DNA of 64,000 nt from Blasia pusilla (lineage: Eukaryota), in assembly GCA_050084515.1 (NCBI GenBank), contig CM114271.1, positions 12,400,001 to 12,464,000 on the forward strand, written 5' to 3'. A model generated the notes under the pieces. That model made no database searches. It saw only the letters and a list, made by a program, of their open reading frames with translations, and had not been told where the DNA came from. The position numbers and the translations under genes were made by a program. This document shows positions 1 to 13,786 of the stretch, one piece after another. Positions within the stretch are counted from its first letter, which is position 1. Each line of letters starts with the position of its first letter.

Positions 1-1006
1 CAACATATGTAGGTACGAGTACCCAGCCTGCTCTCTGGTCACACTTGTCCGCTCACGTGGTACCGGTGCTCGCTGTGGCACCTGTGGGATCACCTTCACT
101 CGTGGACCCATCGATTCTTGAGAAAATCCAGCGGTCACTACCTGCTCCTCACTCATGTTGAGCTCAATACGCTCAAACAACTCAAAGACCACCTTCAATA
201 TGGGCTTCGCTATGTGAATCAACACCGCATCTCGGACTCTCCTCCGTAGTTCTCAATCTAGAACCCCATAATAATACTGGACTAACTGCGCCTCAGTCAC
301 TCCATACGTAGCAATGATCAGCCTCCTCATGCGTGTGAATGCCTCTCTCAGACTCTCATCCGATTGTCGCTGAAAATCCTGTAGACTCTTAAGCTTGTCG
401 GTGCGTACGCCTTGGTAGCTCTTCCCCAACTATCGGAAGAACTCCATTGTGGGGCTGAAGCAGGATGGCCCTCTACCACCAGAGGTTTCTGCCACATCGC
501 TTGTCTCACTGCCCTCCTCTCCATCTAGTCTCCGGGCTGATGGTGTGGGTCTCTCTCCTCTCATGATCTCATCATATGCCTTGCGACCACTAGTGGACAC
601 ATACCATGGAGCCCAATTCATCCTCGAGGCATCAATCTCTACTAAATATAGTGATCAAAACTCCATGTAGTCATCCATCGAAGGAAGCTCCAAGTGTTGG
701 GTTGAACCGTGTCGGGGTCTGTATCTCCTGGAAGTCGCAACACGTGTCGAACTCCTAGATAAAATCATTTAAGTCAATGGTGCCCATTGCACCCGAGAAA
801 CGACGCATGCCTTGATGGCCCATGTCGTCCATCTCCTGCCAAGTGATACTGCCTCCATCTGCAATCTTGTCACCAGACCCAGTGTCTAGTGATGACGATC
901 CAACCATGGATGGATGTTGAGGCAGCTCCTCACTTGTAACCCCTCGGTATCTCAGTCCACTCCGTGTCACACCACTACTACTGCTCGCACTATCCTGTTC
1001 TTCCAA
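1..1006 (-). pseudogene. gag-like ORF with stops (N-terminus SGVTRSGLRY...FSGAMGTIDLNDFI*EFDTCCDFQ)
   Basis: Homologous to the ORF starts at 35294(-) and 6309(+)/13792(+); lies where gag is expected. Confidence 0.65.
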
Positions 1007-2377
1007 ACCCTGGAAGAACGATGTGATGACAACCTTGTCTTACTTGCTCAAGCATTGAGACTCACCGAGAGTCTCCCACACTCCTCATTAGCTCACCTAT
1101 GCTAACGTCAATTCTGTGACGACACACCCAACCTCACGCACACTCAACACTTGGGCTCACCATGAGCCTCCCACTAACTCACCTAACCTACCAACACGCT
1201 CGGGTCATACATACAACCCCTACTTGGCAACCGCCGCATATCCACCAACATGCTACACATCAAAAGAGTCTACACTCGTCACCATCACTGCACCCACCTA
1301 GCACAAGATTCTACTTGATACCCAGCACTCTCAATCACAGAAGATAAGTGCGAGAAAAGGGACTCGAATGGGTAACTTGATCATGCCCTCCAACCTACGC
1401 ATCGTCAACACTCACTCCTCCATGTGGCACGGCAACCTCTGCAACATGATACTCTCCTCGACCAACACGTCAAACCTCCCATCAATAGATGCAGCCTACC
1501 CGTCGGCATCAGTGCATGTATCTCCAGCACTCCACTCCGTCGAAACACTCTCCACCACAAACTGATGGTGCGGACTCATCTCACTCCCAATCCGCAACAA
1601 ACAACCATTACCAATGGACTATGAAGGTCCTCGGAAAAATTTCAACCCTGAGAAATCCAAGGTTAGCCCGCTCTACCATGTCCACGCCCACCCACTTCTT
1701 CTACCTTGCTCAACCCCGTTGACCCTACAACCACGTCGACCGCCCAACCTTGTAAAGTCACAACCACGTTACCCACATCCAGGATTCTATCGTCCATCCC
1801 AACCACATCCGCCCGTTCCCTTACCACGTCCCCTTGGCATCTACCATGTCGATGCGGGGTTGGCTGGCCTGCGTCCCTATGCGGGATGGGCCTCTTTAAA
1901 TGCGAGGGGGGTAAGGGATGGCCCCGGCGGATGGCCCTCGAGATGGCCCCCGGGGATGGTTGGCGGATGGTCCGCTCACTCTGCCAATCTGCCTCGTCAA
2001 TACGCTTGACCACGTTTGTACAACCTAGCCCTACACGGATAGGAACGACCTAATTCCTGGTGCGACCTATTAGCCGCCTATACTTGACAGCCCCCCGGCA
2101 GGTGCAAGCCCTAAAGGTTTACTTCTCCACTCTCTCTCAACACTCCCGCTTGCGTACACTCGACGCCACACCGCGGGCTACACCCGGCTACTGTCTCCCG
2201 TCAATCCGTATGAAAGAACTCTGAGAAAAATGGACAGCGCTTCCGTGCACGGCCTTCCGAACACAAAATGACCAACAAAACATGCCAACCAGCGTCTCCA
2301 TGGCTCCCCACCAAGGCAACTTGCTTGCCTACCTGCAAACAACAAATTCCCACTAGCCCTTGACATCTTTCTCATGT

Positions 2378-2858
2378 AAAAATAAAGAGTAGTAAAAAAC
2401 GGCACACTCAGCCTAAAACTCCACTCCTCAATCTACATCGGCATATCGAGCCTCGTCCACCCTGTGCTATCAAGGAATCCGGACGCTAGCACCCTAGTCC
2501 TATCTCACACACATACCAGAGATGTGCTCCAACGGCCCAACATGAGAAAGATGGCTTCGGAAAGCCATCTTCCTCTCTTATATAGTGTTGGGAAGAGCCA
2601 CAAAGCTCTTCCCCTAAAAATAGCCATCCCCTTGGTAACCTGCGGGCACAAGTTACCACGGGCGGGTGACATGGTCAACAAGTCACCCGGTTGTGAAAGA
2701 CCTCAACACCAAAGTTGTCAGAAACGACGTTCTTGACACAATGGACCTATCCTTAACCTCATCCGACACTGTGGGACAAAGTTACACTCAAGATAGTCCG
2801 CTGGCTCCTATGCCCTATCCACGATAGATCTCAGCCTATCGGCTACTCAGATGTGACA
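2378..2858 (-). repeat. Terminal block A1 (U3 part-R-U5-like) of the family II element
   Basis: Same ~480-bp sequence as 29445-29923 and 36457-36935; 14-bp self-complementary pair at 2364-2377/2540-2553. Confidence 0.85.
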
Positions 2859-3619
2859 AATTGCAAACACCTCTTTGTTTGACACGTGACAACTAGGCAG
2901 CAAAAAATAAGTTTGAATTTGTGTGCTACATCATTAATCGCTTCCCTTCACAAGTTACACATTAACAAAAGTTCTTCATACACTTTTTATTCCCGTGCAT
3001 CGCACGTACACCTTACTATTTTAGGTATAATTTCCACTCTTATAAATCTCAAAAGAGTAAGAAAATCACCTTCACATAATATCCATCTCCCCTAAATAAT
3101 TACATTCCTCCCTAAAAGTTCCAACAAAAATTATTCTTTCCCTTCCACTCTTCCCACCAAAATCACATTCACTAATTTTTTTAAAATTATTTTTAATTAA
3201 TGAAATCATTTTTCTTTTCCATTCTTTTTCTTTTCCATTCAAATTTAAATGACATCCCAATCCCCAAAATAATTTTAACCTTCCATAAAATTTGATCTAC
3301 TCTTTCTCTATTAAAATTTATTTTCCCTTTCTATCACATGTGAGTTAAGACACATATCCTATATATTTTTTCTTTATCAGAATTCTTTCATTTTATTACT
3401 ATCTATAATAACCAGTTATACTTTTAAATAAATTATTAATTACTTAATGAAATATTTTTCTATTTCATTCAAATGCTTATAGGTTTTTTCTACTTGTGCT
3501 ATTTGTACCCATCTAATGTGGTTCAAATAATAAAATTCAATCATGTTGATTACGGCCCTACATGTATTATTCGTTTTGCATCTCGGTTGGGCAGGCTATG
3601 AAAATTTCTGTGTGTCTTT

Positions 3620-3830
3620 AAATTTAACCCAATTCGTGTGACTTGTGTGAATTAAATTTGTATCCTGAATTCGTGTAACCCAATTCGTGTGACTCATGTG
3701 AATTAAAATTTATGTGATTAAATTCGTACGACTTTGGGGTGTCTCTCAATTGTGGATTCCTATAACACCAATCGTGTGAATTAAATTTGTACCATGGATT
3801 GGATTGGTGTAACCAATTCGTGTGACTTTG
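3620..3830. repeat. Short degenerate tandem repeats (CCAATTCGTGTGACT..GTGAATTAAATTT)
   Basis: Motif recurs about 4-5 times. Confidence 0.7.
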
Positions 3831-4024
3831 TGCTTTTTGTGCTACTTCATCCTGTCGTATCCTCTCCTTGTATACAACTCCTCGTATACAAACATATAAA
3901 TCCTCTCCTTCCTATTCTCAACTTCCCTTCCCTCCCTAGTATACAAATCTTCCTATACAAACAAATAAATCCCTTGCGAAAGCTTTCCTTCTTGGTATAC
4001 ATGACTAGTGGTTTATATTTCGTA

Positions 4025-4148
4025 TGTCGTGGACATACACATCGCTACACAATATACATCACTGTCATCAAACACACACTCAAACACACACAATCCCATG
4101 CTAACTCATGGCATCCATACATAGAGGCGAGAAGTATCAAAATATCTC
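4025..4148 (-). repeat. Inverted copy of terminal block B
   Basis: Reverse complement of 20039-20162; also matches 46920-47047. Confidence 0.9.
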
Positions 4149-4476
4149 TCTATAATAGATCGATGGGATCTAGCAGAGCACCTTCGTGAGTAGTAGGGAA
4201 TATGCTTAGTAAGTGAGGATGACATGTTGAGGTCTAGGGAAACTTGAGAGAGTAGGTTTTCCCTTCGTTTCGGCTCATTTGGAGCCATGTTGAGGAACTT
4301 ACTATTTTAGGTAAGTACCAATTTAAGTATATATGATCGATTTTCTATTTTTGGTAAGTGGCCCTTGACCTCCTACATCAGGTCAAGAGCCAAAGAGATG
4401 ACTTGGGAGCATAGGTTACCATGGAGAGAGCTTGGGAGAGGGGAGGGGTATACCTCAAGGAGAGAGAGCTTGAGAG

Positions 4477-4668
4477 CTCATTCTCTCTTTGTTGAACCTC
4501 TTAGCATAAGGCGGTGGAGCTATTCTCCCTTGCCTTGTGAGTGTAACCCAAGCCTCTCATTAGGAGAGTGGGTTTGGTTTGACATGAGAGAGAGTGCACA
4601 CCTTTGAGAGCTATGGTGTGAGATGGTGTAGAGAGAGATTGGATCTTACTTTACAAAGAGAGAATGAG
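4477..4668 (+). promoter_or_regulatory. Putative self-priming pair (transcript 5' end / PBS)
   Basis: CTCATTCTCTCTTTGT 4477-4492 is the perfect reverse complement of ACAAAGAGAGAATGAG 4653-4668, which lies just after block A. Confidence 0.6.
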
Positions 4669-6480
4669 AGAATGAGAGAGTGAGAGAGCTTCATGGAAGA
4701 GCTCGCTCATCACTCGCTATTTTTGCAGGTTGGGGACTGTGTTCCCCGTTCAGCAGCTCATGGGAGTGCTCACCGGAGCAAGGGCTGCTTTGATTGTTAT
4801 TTGCATTTGCCGATTTTTCGTGTGGAAGAGTGGCGCGCGGAAGCGTTGCCCAATTTCTGATAGGGATTGATTTTGGGGGCGGGTTTCCCCATACCGGCGC
4901 CCTTCGGAGCACCATGTAGCTTGTTGATTTGTATTTTTACAAGTTTGACATTTTTGTCGGGAGAAATCAGCGCGGAAGCGTTGCCAAATTTTGTGGAGGA
5001 GAAAGAGACATTGGGCTTTACAACAGTCTGTTTGTTTCTATTAAAATATTTGATTCTAAATGTTTTTTGACGCTCTTGTAAATCGTGAAGTTGTGCACGC
5101 TGTAAAATAAACAGTGCGCCATTTGGAGTTGCAAGAAAAAAAGTTATGGTCAATCTTGCAAAGGTGCCATTGCTAGGCGATTCTTAGGGTTAAATTGTTC
5201 AAACCCTAAACCAGTTGCCATGCCTACGGCGGCCGTCGCCATCATAGTCATCGTCAATGATCCGATGTCGATGGTCAATTGTTACCATCAACGGTCCACC
5301 GTCCGTTGTCCACCCTTTGGTTGCCATTGCAGCCATTACGGAGTGGAGGGTCTTCCACGATGTTCGTTGATTCTCTGACTTGCGTCGCCACCACTTACTT
5401 TGTTTTGGATGCCACCATCATCGCAATTTTTTCATCAACCAATAATGGAAGATGACCTCCGGTTATGGTATTTGAGTTTTGATTTCATGCTGCTATGTTG
5501 TGATTGGTAGCCGCTTGACGACGATCGAGTATTGTGCCGTGACGCCCGTAGCCGCAACGCGCCGCCGATTGCTGCGTTGTGCGGCTCGTGGCCGCACCGC
5601 ACTGTCTCAATCACGGAACCGCTCCTTCACTAAGGAGCAAAGCATGTGAATTTTTGAGTGAGGAGGATATGCCGCTGAGTACTGCACCCCATTCCCGAGA
5701 GCCATGCTATTTGTAGCCGTTCTGTGCCGCACATCGAGGAGGTTGAGCAGCATCAGTACGAGAGGAGTATGACTTGCTGATTGGAGGAGTTGTCGTCATG
5801 ACTGAGTTGGGATCAAGATTTTCACTTGCTGAGGAGTGACATCAACATGTCTTAAGGTTACCCATTCTGGTCCTTTACCCTGCACGTGTGAGGGATTTTG
5901 GAAGTTGGGTAGTTTATTTGGGGATATTGGGTTGTGTGGATGCTGAGAGCATCATTCATGTATGTGGTTTAGGGGACATAGACCTGTGTGGGATGTCCGG
6001 AGTTGAGGGTAGGTTGTCAATGAGATGATAACATGGTTGATTTGTCGCACCACGCCGCGTGTTGCCGCACGTTACACGTCTCGGACAGGGAGAGTGTAGA
6101 TCGAGTGCCGCATGTTTGGGATGAGTGATTGAAGGATTACTTGCAAGGTTGAGAGTGATCGGGTGAGAGAGGTACGAGGGTCATCACGACGTCCGTTTGG
6201 TACTTTGAGAGGCAAGGTGGTGAACCCAAGAGTAGTTCTTGAGGTTTTACCCGGAGTGGCGCGAGGTTCCGAGGGTCTCCACGTGAGGGACCACCTCAAC
6301 CTCCTTCTATGTCATCGTCACACGAGGGGGAGGGTGTAGAAGAGTTTGTGAGCATATTGCCACATATTGTGCGTGATCCTACCAGTTGGGCATACGAGAT
6401 GGATGATCGGGGTAGAGGACCGCGTACGTTTTCAGATGCAGTAGGCACGATAGGGTTGCACGATTTCATAGCAGAGTTTA

Positions 6481-7468
6481 TGTCGTGCGCCTACTCTCCT
6501 TGAATGTCCATCTCTAGTATTGCGGAAGCGTACGTTCAGTAGGACACGCTCTCATCGCCGACCTGCACCCAAACGCTCTCACATTAGTCTCACTTTGGGT
6601 CAAGCGGCCTTCCAACCCATTGAGTTCTCAACTCGGCATCTTATCAAGCTCAACCTTCCTTACTTTCTAGGTTCCCAACATGGCAAGTCCTTCAAGACTT
6701 GGAACAGACTTTTTCGTTAGTCGAGATCCTAAAATGGCAACTACGCGCCTAGCCGTTCCAACTGTTCAACGGACCTCGTGCGAGTTCCTAACGGGGACCC
6801 AAGTAATTGAGTCGCGGGTTGGAATCCAAAAGGGATCTCTAAAAATCACCTCAATAGACTTGGTTCATGTTTTCAAGCCCAACTCCAAACTCTTGATCCG
6901 TTCCAAGCCCTTGAGCCGCCTCCTGGCGCCCAAAGTGGGGTTCGAGTCCCAAGCACCCTTGGAGACCTTTCCCCTTACTAGTACTTGGGGATCTCCAAAC
7001 ACCCCTTACTTTTGGAAAAGGATGGTCGGACCCTTCATTGTGGCTCAACACGACTATACTTACAGTCATTTTCGGGTTGTTTCTCAGCCTCTACTTGTGC
7101 GTTTGCGGAGATCTTTAGTGGCTTTTAATAAGCTTTCCAACGCATCCTTACTCGTTCCAAACGCATCTTGGCGCTAAAAGTTATGGCCATAAATACAATT
7201 AGAAACTCTCAAACGCTAGTGGCGTCCCAAATCCAGATTTCCTTCCTTTGGCAACCCACTTCTTACACTTGACTCCTCTCAAGTCTTGATCCGTGTTTGG
7301 TCCAGGTTTCTCAGTCGCGAGCACAACATATGAAGCACGAAGCCTTGCTTGCGTCTCATCTCTTGTCTCTTCTCCGAGACCACTCCAACGCGCAAACCAT
7401 CTTAGCGTGAGCCTGCTAGTGTTCCGATGTTCCGCTTTGGCGCTCGTTTGGTCATGAGGATCGCGACA
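6481..7468 (-). repeat. 3' LTR of the chromovirus
   Basis: Direct repeat of 12785-13786; adjacent to the PPT. Confidence 0.95.
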
Positions 7469-8158
7469 CTCACTCCTCTTTAGAGGTTGATGCCCTCATC
7501 AATGCAAACCTTTGTTATGTGAAGTCTCCTGGGCAGCCTACCTCTTGACATCAAATTGCGTTCTTGTGGCTAACCCGCAATTCCTCTTTAAGTCTCAAGT
7601 TGTCGCTTTGTAACACTTAGAAGTATTAGCATCTCCTCTTCGATAAGCCTGGACGTGTACCGAAGAACTAATCTATCAAATAGACTAACTAATTATGCAC
7701 CTTAGACTATTCTTGCTCACTCTCGTAAACATCCCACCTGTTTATACGGTCCACAAATCGTACTATTATTGGGTCGCTCTCGTATTCGACTTAGGCGCGT
7801 CACTACGTTTACTTATGTAGCCACAAGTAAGATCACCCGAAGCCCCAATACAGATTCATCTGCCCCGCCAACGCTAGGGCGAGCCTGAGTGTCATCCAAC
7901 ACTGGTCTTGTTCTAGGTGCTTATCCAAATACGAGCTCCCACCTCAAATACTCCTTGTCTCTCCTCTTGACTTACATCCTAAGCATATGATGAACGACTC
8001 ATAGCCATGCACTACCACATACAAATTGCAATGAAACACTAGCATCGAATCTCCAAATCCATGCATTCCTTTATTGCAACACTAGCCTGTTCTAGTTACA
8101 ACGGCATTCGGCCCAAGATTCCTATGGTCACAAGTTATGTCTTTAGCTTCTCCGCCTA

Positions 8159-9481
8159 CTAGCGTATGTGCTTCTCCTGCGTCCGCTTGAAGTCTCGCAA
8201 CACCTCTTGCGCGTGTTCCAAATCTGCCTCCGCAATCCAAGTTGCCTCCTTCACATGGTAGCCCTTCCATTTAACCAAGTACTCGTTCTTGTTGGCCCGA
8301 CGCCTTGAACGCAAGATGGTCTCCACCTCGAACTCCGGTTCTTCATCCACGATTACCGGTTGCGGTCTCAACACTTGTCTCCGCTTGAAACGCCCATTAT
8401 CTTGAAGATATTTTTTCAACAATGGCACATGAAAGGTCGGGTGAATCTTGAACTCGTCCGGCAGCTGCGATGTAAACACGTCCTCAAACGGGTTTGCCAT
8501 AATCACATACGGTCCAGCATACTTGGCAGATAGCTTTGCAGACAACTCTTTTGGCAGAGTGAGATTCTTCACACTCAACCATACTTGCTCTCCAACTTGG
8601 AATCGTACTTGGCGCCGACTCTTGTTAGCATGCTTAACGTACCTCATTTGAGCCTTTTCAAGACTTCGCCTTGCTCGCTCTTCCCATTCTTGCATCTCTA
8701 CTAACAAACCTTCTGCCCTTGCTTGTCGTGTCCGTACCAATGTAGAACCCTTCGAAAGGGCTAGGTCAAGAGGCCCTTCTGGCTCTCGTCCATTTTCCAG
8801 GAGAAACGGAGATTCTCTAGCTGCAGAATGCTTGGTCGAGTTGTAGCAGTACTCTGCGATGCTTAGCCACTTGACTGAATCTCGTTGATCCACACTCACA
8901 TAATTCCTAAAGTATTGATTCATGATCGAATTTACCTTTTCAGTTTGCCCATCCGTTTGTGGATGGAAGGAAGTGGTGAAACTCAACTTGGTCTTAAATT
9001 TTGTGAATAAGTGCTTCCAAAAAGCACTGGTAAACTTTGGATCTCGATCTGAAACAATACTCCTTGACAAACCGTGAGTCTGCCACCAGCCATCCAGGAA
9101 CAATTGCGCAATCGTATAAGCTGTTGCGGAATCCACCGTCAGCACCAATCTCACCAACTTGCTAAACCGATCCACAATCACAAGTATAGCATTGTATCCC
9201 TCAGATTCCGGAAGACTCGTGATGAAATCCATACTCACACTTTGCAAGGGTCCTTCTGGAATCGGCAAGGGATGCAACATGCCTTGTCTCTTATCATAAG
9301 AAACTTTGTTTGCTTGGCAGATCACACAGGTCTTTACATATTGAGCTACATCCTCTTTCATGTTGGGCCAGAAGAACCGCTTAGACAGAACAACCAACGT
9401 AGATTTCTCTCCTTTATGTCCTGCCAAGGGTCGGTCATGACATTCCACTAACACCTTAGTCCGCATCCTGCCTTGCCCCAC
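8159..9481 (-). pseudogene. Integrase plus C-terminal chromodomain
   Basis: HDRPLAGH..CVIC zinc finger; SMDF / SDRD / GQTE DDE; AGPY (GPY/F); FEVETIL..EYLVKWKGY..EATW chromodomain. Confidence 0.95.
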
Positions 9482-9504
9482 ATAGATCCTGCTCTGCTTG
9501 AACC

Positions 9505-11000
9505 TTAGTTAACCTGCCTCAAACTTATGTGGGCCACCTTCTCACCTTGCTTCGACCTCTTCAGAAACTCCAATGCTAGGTCGTCTCTCATGTATCCCTC
9601 ACGAATCCTTCTCTCCAGATCTGTTTCCTTAGGGAACATTGCTCTCAAGACCTGTGTCATCAATGGCATGTGTTCCTCCTTGCGACTCAACGCATCTAGA
9701 ATCACATTATCTTTACCTGGCTTGTGAAACAACTCAACATTCATCAACGCCAAGGTATCATGCCATCGCAGTTGTTTCGATATCACTCGATCCTGGGTCT
9801 CAAAATACTTGAGCGATATGTAATCCGTGAACACTCGAGTTTTTTGAAGTCCCAAATAGTGACGCCACTTCCTCAAACAATGGACCACCGTAAAAAACTC
9901 TTTCTCATGAGTAGGCCATCTTCTTTGAGTGTCGCTAAGCTTCTTGCTCTTGTATGCTACAGGTCTCCCTTCTTGCACCAACATTCTTGCAATTGCGAAA
10001 TCACTAGCATCAGTATGCACCTTGAATGGTTTGTCATACTCTGGCAGCTTCAGTACTGGTTCCTGCGATAGAATCTGCTTCACTCGGTTGAACATCTCAT
10101 TAACTTCTTGGGTCCATGTCGTGTTGGCACACTTTGTTGTCCAATACGTAAGAGAGCTCACAATTCCAAAAAAGTTCCTCACATAAGTGCGATAGAACTG
10201 CACCGCACCTATGAACCTCCTCATCCCCTTTACGGTGGACGGCGGTTCCCACTCGGCAATTTCTTTCACCTTCTCCATGTCTGGACTGACTCCATCTGTG
10301 CTAACCACATGACCCAAGAATTTGATCTTGCTCAACCCGAATTCACTCTTCTCTACATTCGCATACAGCTGATTCGCCCTTAGTTTTGACAAAACCGCTC
10401 TCACATGTCGAGCGTGCTCCTCTAGCGACTTCGAATATATAAATATATCATCAATGTACATGATCACATACTCATCCGTCTCCTTGTGAAAAATGGAGTT
10501 CATCAATGTGGTGAACGTTGGAGGCGCATTGCATAGACCGAAAGGCATCACTACAAACTCAAAGGATCCATATCTTGTCCTGCTCGCAGTCTTCACATCT
10601 GCCTCAGCAATCCGGATCTGGTAATAGGTAATATCTTGACTTCAAGTCAATCCTACTAAAGTATCTCGTGCCTGCCAACCTATCAAAGAGATCATCTATC
10701 CTCAGAAGAGGTTAGTTATTTCAAACTGTCACTTTATTCAGCGCACGATAATCAACACACAACCTCATCTTCCCATCCTTCTTTTTCACAAAGAGAACGA
10801 GTGCTCCATAAGGTGACTTGCTAGTCTTAATGTAACCCTTTTCCAAGAGCTCACTTAACTGCCTTTTTAACTCAAGAAGTTCTTCTTGATTCAACCTATA
10901 TGGTGCCTTGGAAGGCGGTTGGGAACTAGGTATGATCTCTATCTTATGATCGAGTGCTCTATGCGGCGGCAACTCAGTTGGAAGCTCATTTGTCAAGACA
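9505..11000 (-). pseudogene. Reverse transcriptase and RNase H (frameshifted)
   Basis: [48 protein letters not shown]. Confidence 0.95.
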
Positions 11001-12701
11001 TCCTTAAACTCATTGACCACTTCCTGAAGTAGTGTTGGGGTTCCCCTTGAAGTAGTGTCTTGATCTCTGCGTATTTTGCTTGTAGTCTCCTCCACTTGTC
11101 TCATCAAGGAGAGAAATTCATCCTCTAACTCGGTCATGCTCCTCCTTGTAATAGTATTCACCAACTCCTTTTTCACCGGAACCTCACAAACCAACCGCAT
11201 ATGCACCCGTTTGCCTTTCAGCAAGACGCTCAACCTCAATGGTCTACGTCTTAACTCCACCTCATACGTGTCCACAAATGTATTCCCCAAGACTCCGTCA
11301 ATGCCATCCATCTCGCACACAGTGAAATTCTCCTTCAACTCGAATACTCCGCATCCTATGGTTGAACCCAAGACCAACTTGGAAGTCCGATGAGACTTGC
11401 CTCCGGCAAATCCCACTCAAATGGGCTCGTCCGCCTTAGAGGTGGACAAACCCAGCTCCTTAAGGATTCTCGGGCTTAGGAAGGAGTGCAAAGCACCTGT
11501 ATCCATGAGCAACAACATATCACAATCAGCAATCTTGGATCTTAGGTACACCAAATTAGGCGTCCTCTTGGAGACCTGAAGGGACGTCTCGAGACCACCT
11601 ACCGACAAGTGCTTAGCAGCAAACTCAATCATACTCCCATTACTAACCTTCGGTTTTGAGCACCCTTTCGCCATGTGTCCAGGCTCGCCACAGTTGTAGC
11701 ATATGACCTTGCCGTTTCTTGACTTAGAATGTTGTCCTCCTCTTGGCTTCGCATGAAGTTCCACTCATTTTGTTGCCGTGGCAAGCGACTCTCCTTGGTC
11801 GCGTGAGCCCCCACTCCAGACTCTCTTGGATGTTTCCTTATTTTTTGCATTCTTCGAAAAACCTTTTGACTCAAAGAGCTTTTGAGTTTGAACTTCATCG
11901 TCCCACATCCGCTCGAGTAGCTTTAGAAGGTCTGCATAGGTATCTAGCAATGCCGGCATTCGGTAAAGGGCCTTTTCAGCACTCGGTTTAAGTCCGCTAA
12001 TGAAGATAGCCTTCTTCGCGTGCTCATCCATTTTAGGAAGAGAAGTCAGTTTCGCACTAAACTCCCTCACGTAAGCGCTTAAGGAACCACTCTGCCGCAA
12101 CCGTATGCATTCCACCGTGTCGCGCAACCCTTGGTACTCCAAAGTCAATCAATCACCAATAAACACCTTAAACTCCTCCCAACTCAAGGGTGACTCGCCA
12201 GCCAGATGTTCCTCTTATTGAGCTTTCCACCACTGTAGCGCATGATCTTTTAAGAAAGTAACGGCCACCGTCACCTTGTCCTGCTCAACTGCCCTTGGCG
12301 CCTTGAAGTATAGTTCCAGCTCCGTAAGGAAATCCTTCACTTTCCGAGAACGCCCCACCCCCACTGAATGGCGTGGGCAGGTTTGTCTTGCAAAGCTTTT
12401 TGCCAGCACCCAGGGTTCGGTCTGCCTCTAGCTCTGCAATCCGCTTGCTTTGCTGGGACATATGCTCTACCAACAACTTCAACAAGTCCAACATCTGACT
12501 TGACTCAGTTGGTTCCTCTGAGTTTGGAGCTGATGGCCCCGCTGAAGGATTTTCCTCTGGAACATCCTCATGTCTGGCGTTCAGCTCTTTGGGAGTCTCC
12601 GTCTCCTCCATAGCTTCACGGTCCGGCATTGGTTCGACTCTCGGTTCACGTCGCTTGATTAAGTGCTTCTTGGGTTTGTCTCCCTCGATCGCTATCTTCA
12701 A
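11001..12701 (-). pseudogene. gag (CCHC knuckle) and aspartic protease
   Basis: FLKDHALQWW, LRQSGSLSAYVREF, CYNCGEPGHMAKGC, LLMDTGALHSF; several stops. Confidence 0.9.
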
Positions 12702-12784
12702 GCCGCCTCACTCAGATCTCCAACTTGTTTCTTCCGTCCCTCCTCGAGCATCTTGGCCTAACCGCTACCTTGAGTTTCCACAAG

Positions 12785-13786
12785 CGTCATGCGCCTACTC
12801 TCCTTAAACGTCAATCTCTAGTATTGCGGAAGCGTACGTTCAGTAGGACACGCTCTCATCGCCGACCTGCACCCAAACGCACTCACATTAGTCTCGCTTT
12901 GGGTCAAGCGGCCTTCCAACCCATCGAGTTCTCAACTCGGCATCTTATCAAGCTCAACCTTCCTTACTTCCTAGGTTCCCAACATGGCAAGTCCTTCAAG
13001 ACGTCGAACAGACTTTCTGATTAGTCCAGGAACCTAAAATGGCAATTGCGTGCCTAGCCGTTCCAACTGTTCAATGGACCTCTTGCAAGTTCCTAACGGG
13101 GACCCAAGTAATTGAGTTGTGGGTTGGAATCCAAGAGGGATCTTTAAAAATCACCTCAATAGATTTGGTTCATGTTTTCAAGCCCAACTGCAAACTCCTG
13201 ATCCGTCCAAGCCCTTGAGCTGCCCCGTGGCATCCAAAGTGGGGTTCGAGTCCCAAGCACCCTTGGAGACCTTCCCCCTTACTAGTACTTCTGGGGATCT
13301 CCAAACACCCCTTACTTTTGGAAAAGGATGGTCGGACCCTTCATTGTGGCCCTCAACGCGACTATACTTATAGTCGTTTTCGGGTTGTTTCTCAGCCTCT
13401 ACTTATGCGTTTGCAAAAATCTTTAGTGCGTCTAAAGTAACTTTTAATAAGATTTCCAACGCATCCTTACTCGTCCCAAACGCGTCTTGGCGCTAAAAGT
13501 TATGGCCATAAATACAGTCGGAAACTCTCAAACGCTAGTGGCGTCCCAAATCCAGATTTCCTTCCTTTGGCAACCCACTTCCTACACTTGACTCCTCTCA
13601 AGTCTTGATCCGCGTTTGGTCCAGGTTTCTCAGTCGCGAGCACAACATATGAAGCGTGAAGCTTTGCTTGGGTCTCGTCTCTTGTCTCTTCTCCGTGACC
13701 ACTCCAACGCGCGAACCATCTTAGCGTGAGCCTACTAGTGTTCTGATGTTCCGCTTTGGCACTTGTTTGGTCATGAGGTCACGACA
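12785..13786 (-). repeat. 5' LTR of the chromovirus
   Basis: Direct repeat of 6481-7468. Confidence 0.95.

Larger units (their letters stand above)
1..2858 (-). mobile_element. 5' part of a DNMT-Gypsy element, family II (runs off the window start)
   Basis: 755-1550 and 2080-2858 are near-identical to 35007-35780 and 36180-36935 of the copy at 29307-36935; the sense strand starts TGTCACATCTGAG at 2858. Confidence 0.85.
6481..13786 (-). mobile_element. Full-length Ty3/Gypsy chromovirus LTR retrotransposon (decayed)
   Basis: Two ~1-kb direct LTRs; TG..CA outer ends; 5-bp TSD GTTTA/ATTTA; PPT AAAGAGGAGTGAG (7481-7469); gag-PR-RT-RH-IN-chromodomain. Confidence 0.95.

Noticed and set aside
6520-7177. 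ORFs inside LTRs and antisense ORFs overlapping pol (e.g. 6680-7177, 14443-15030)
   Set aside because: Not preserved between the two LTR copies, or shadows of the coding strand
12755-12784. tRNA PBS or self-priming site for the chromovirus
   Set aside because: CTTGTGGAAACTCAAGG is not a recognisable tRNA complement, and only an 8-nt match was found in the LTR; unresolved
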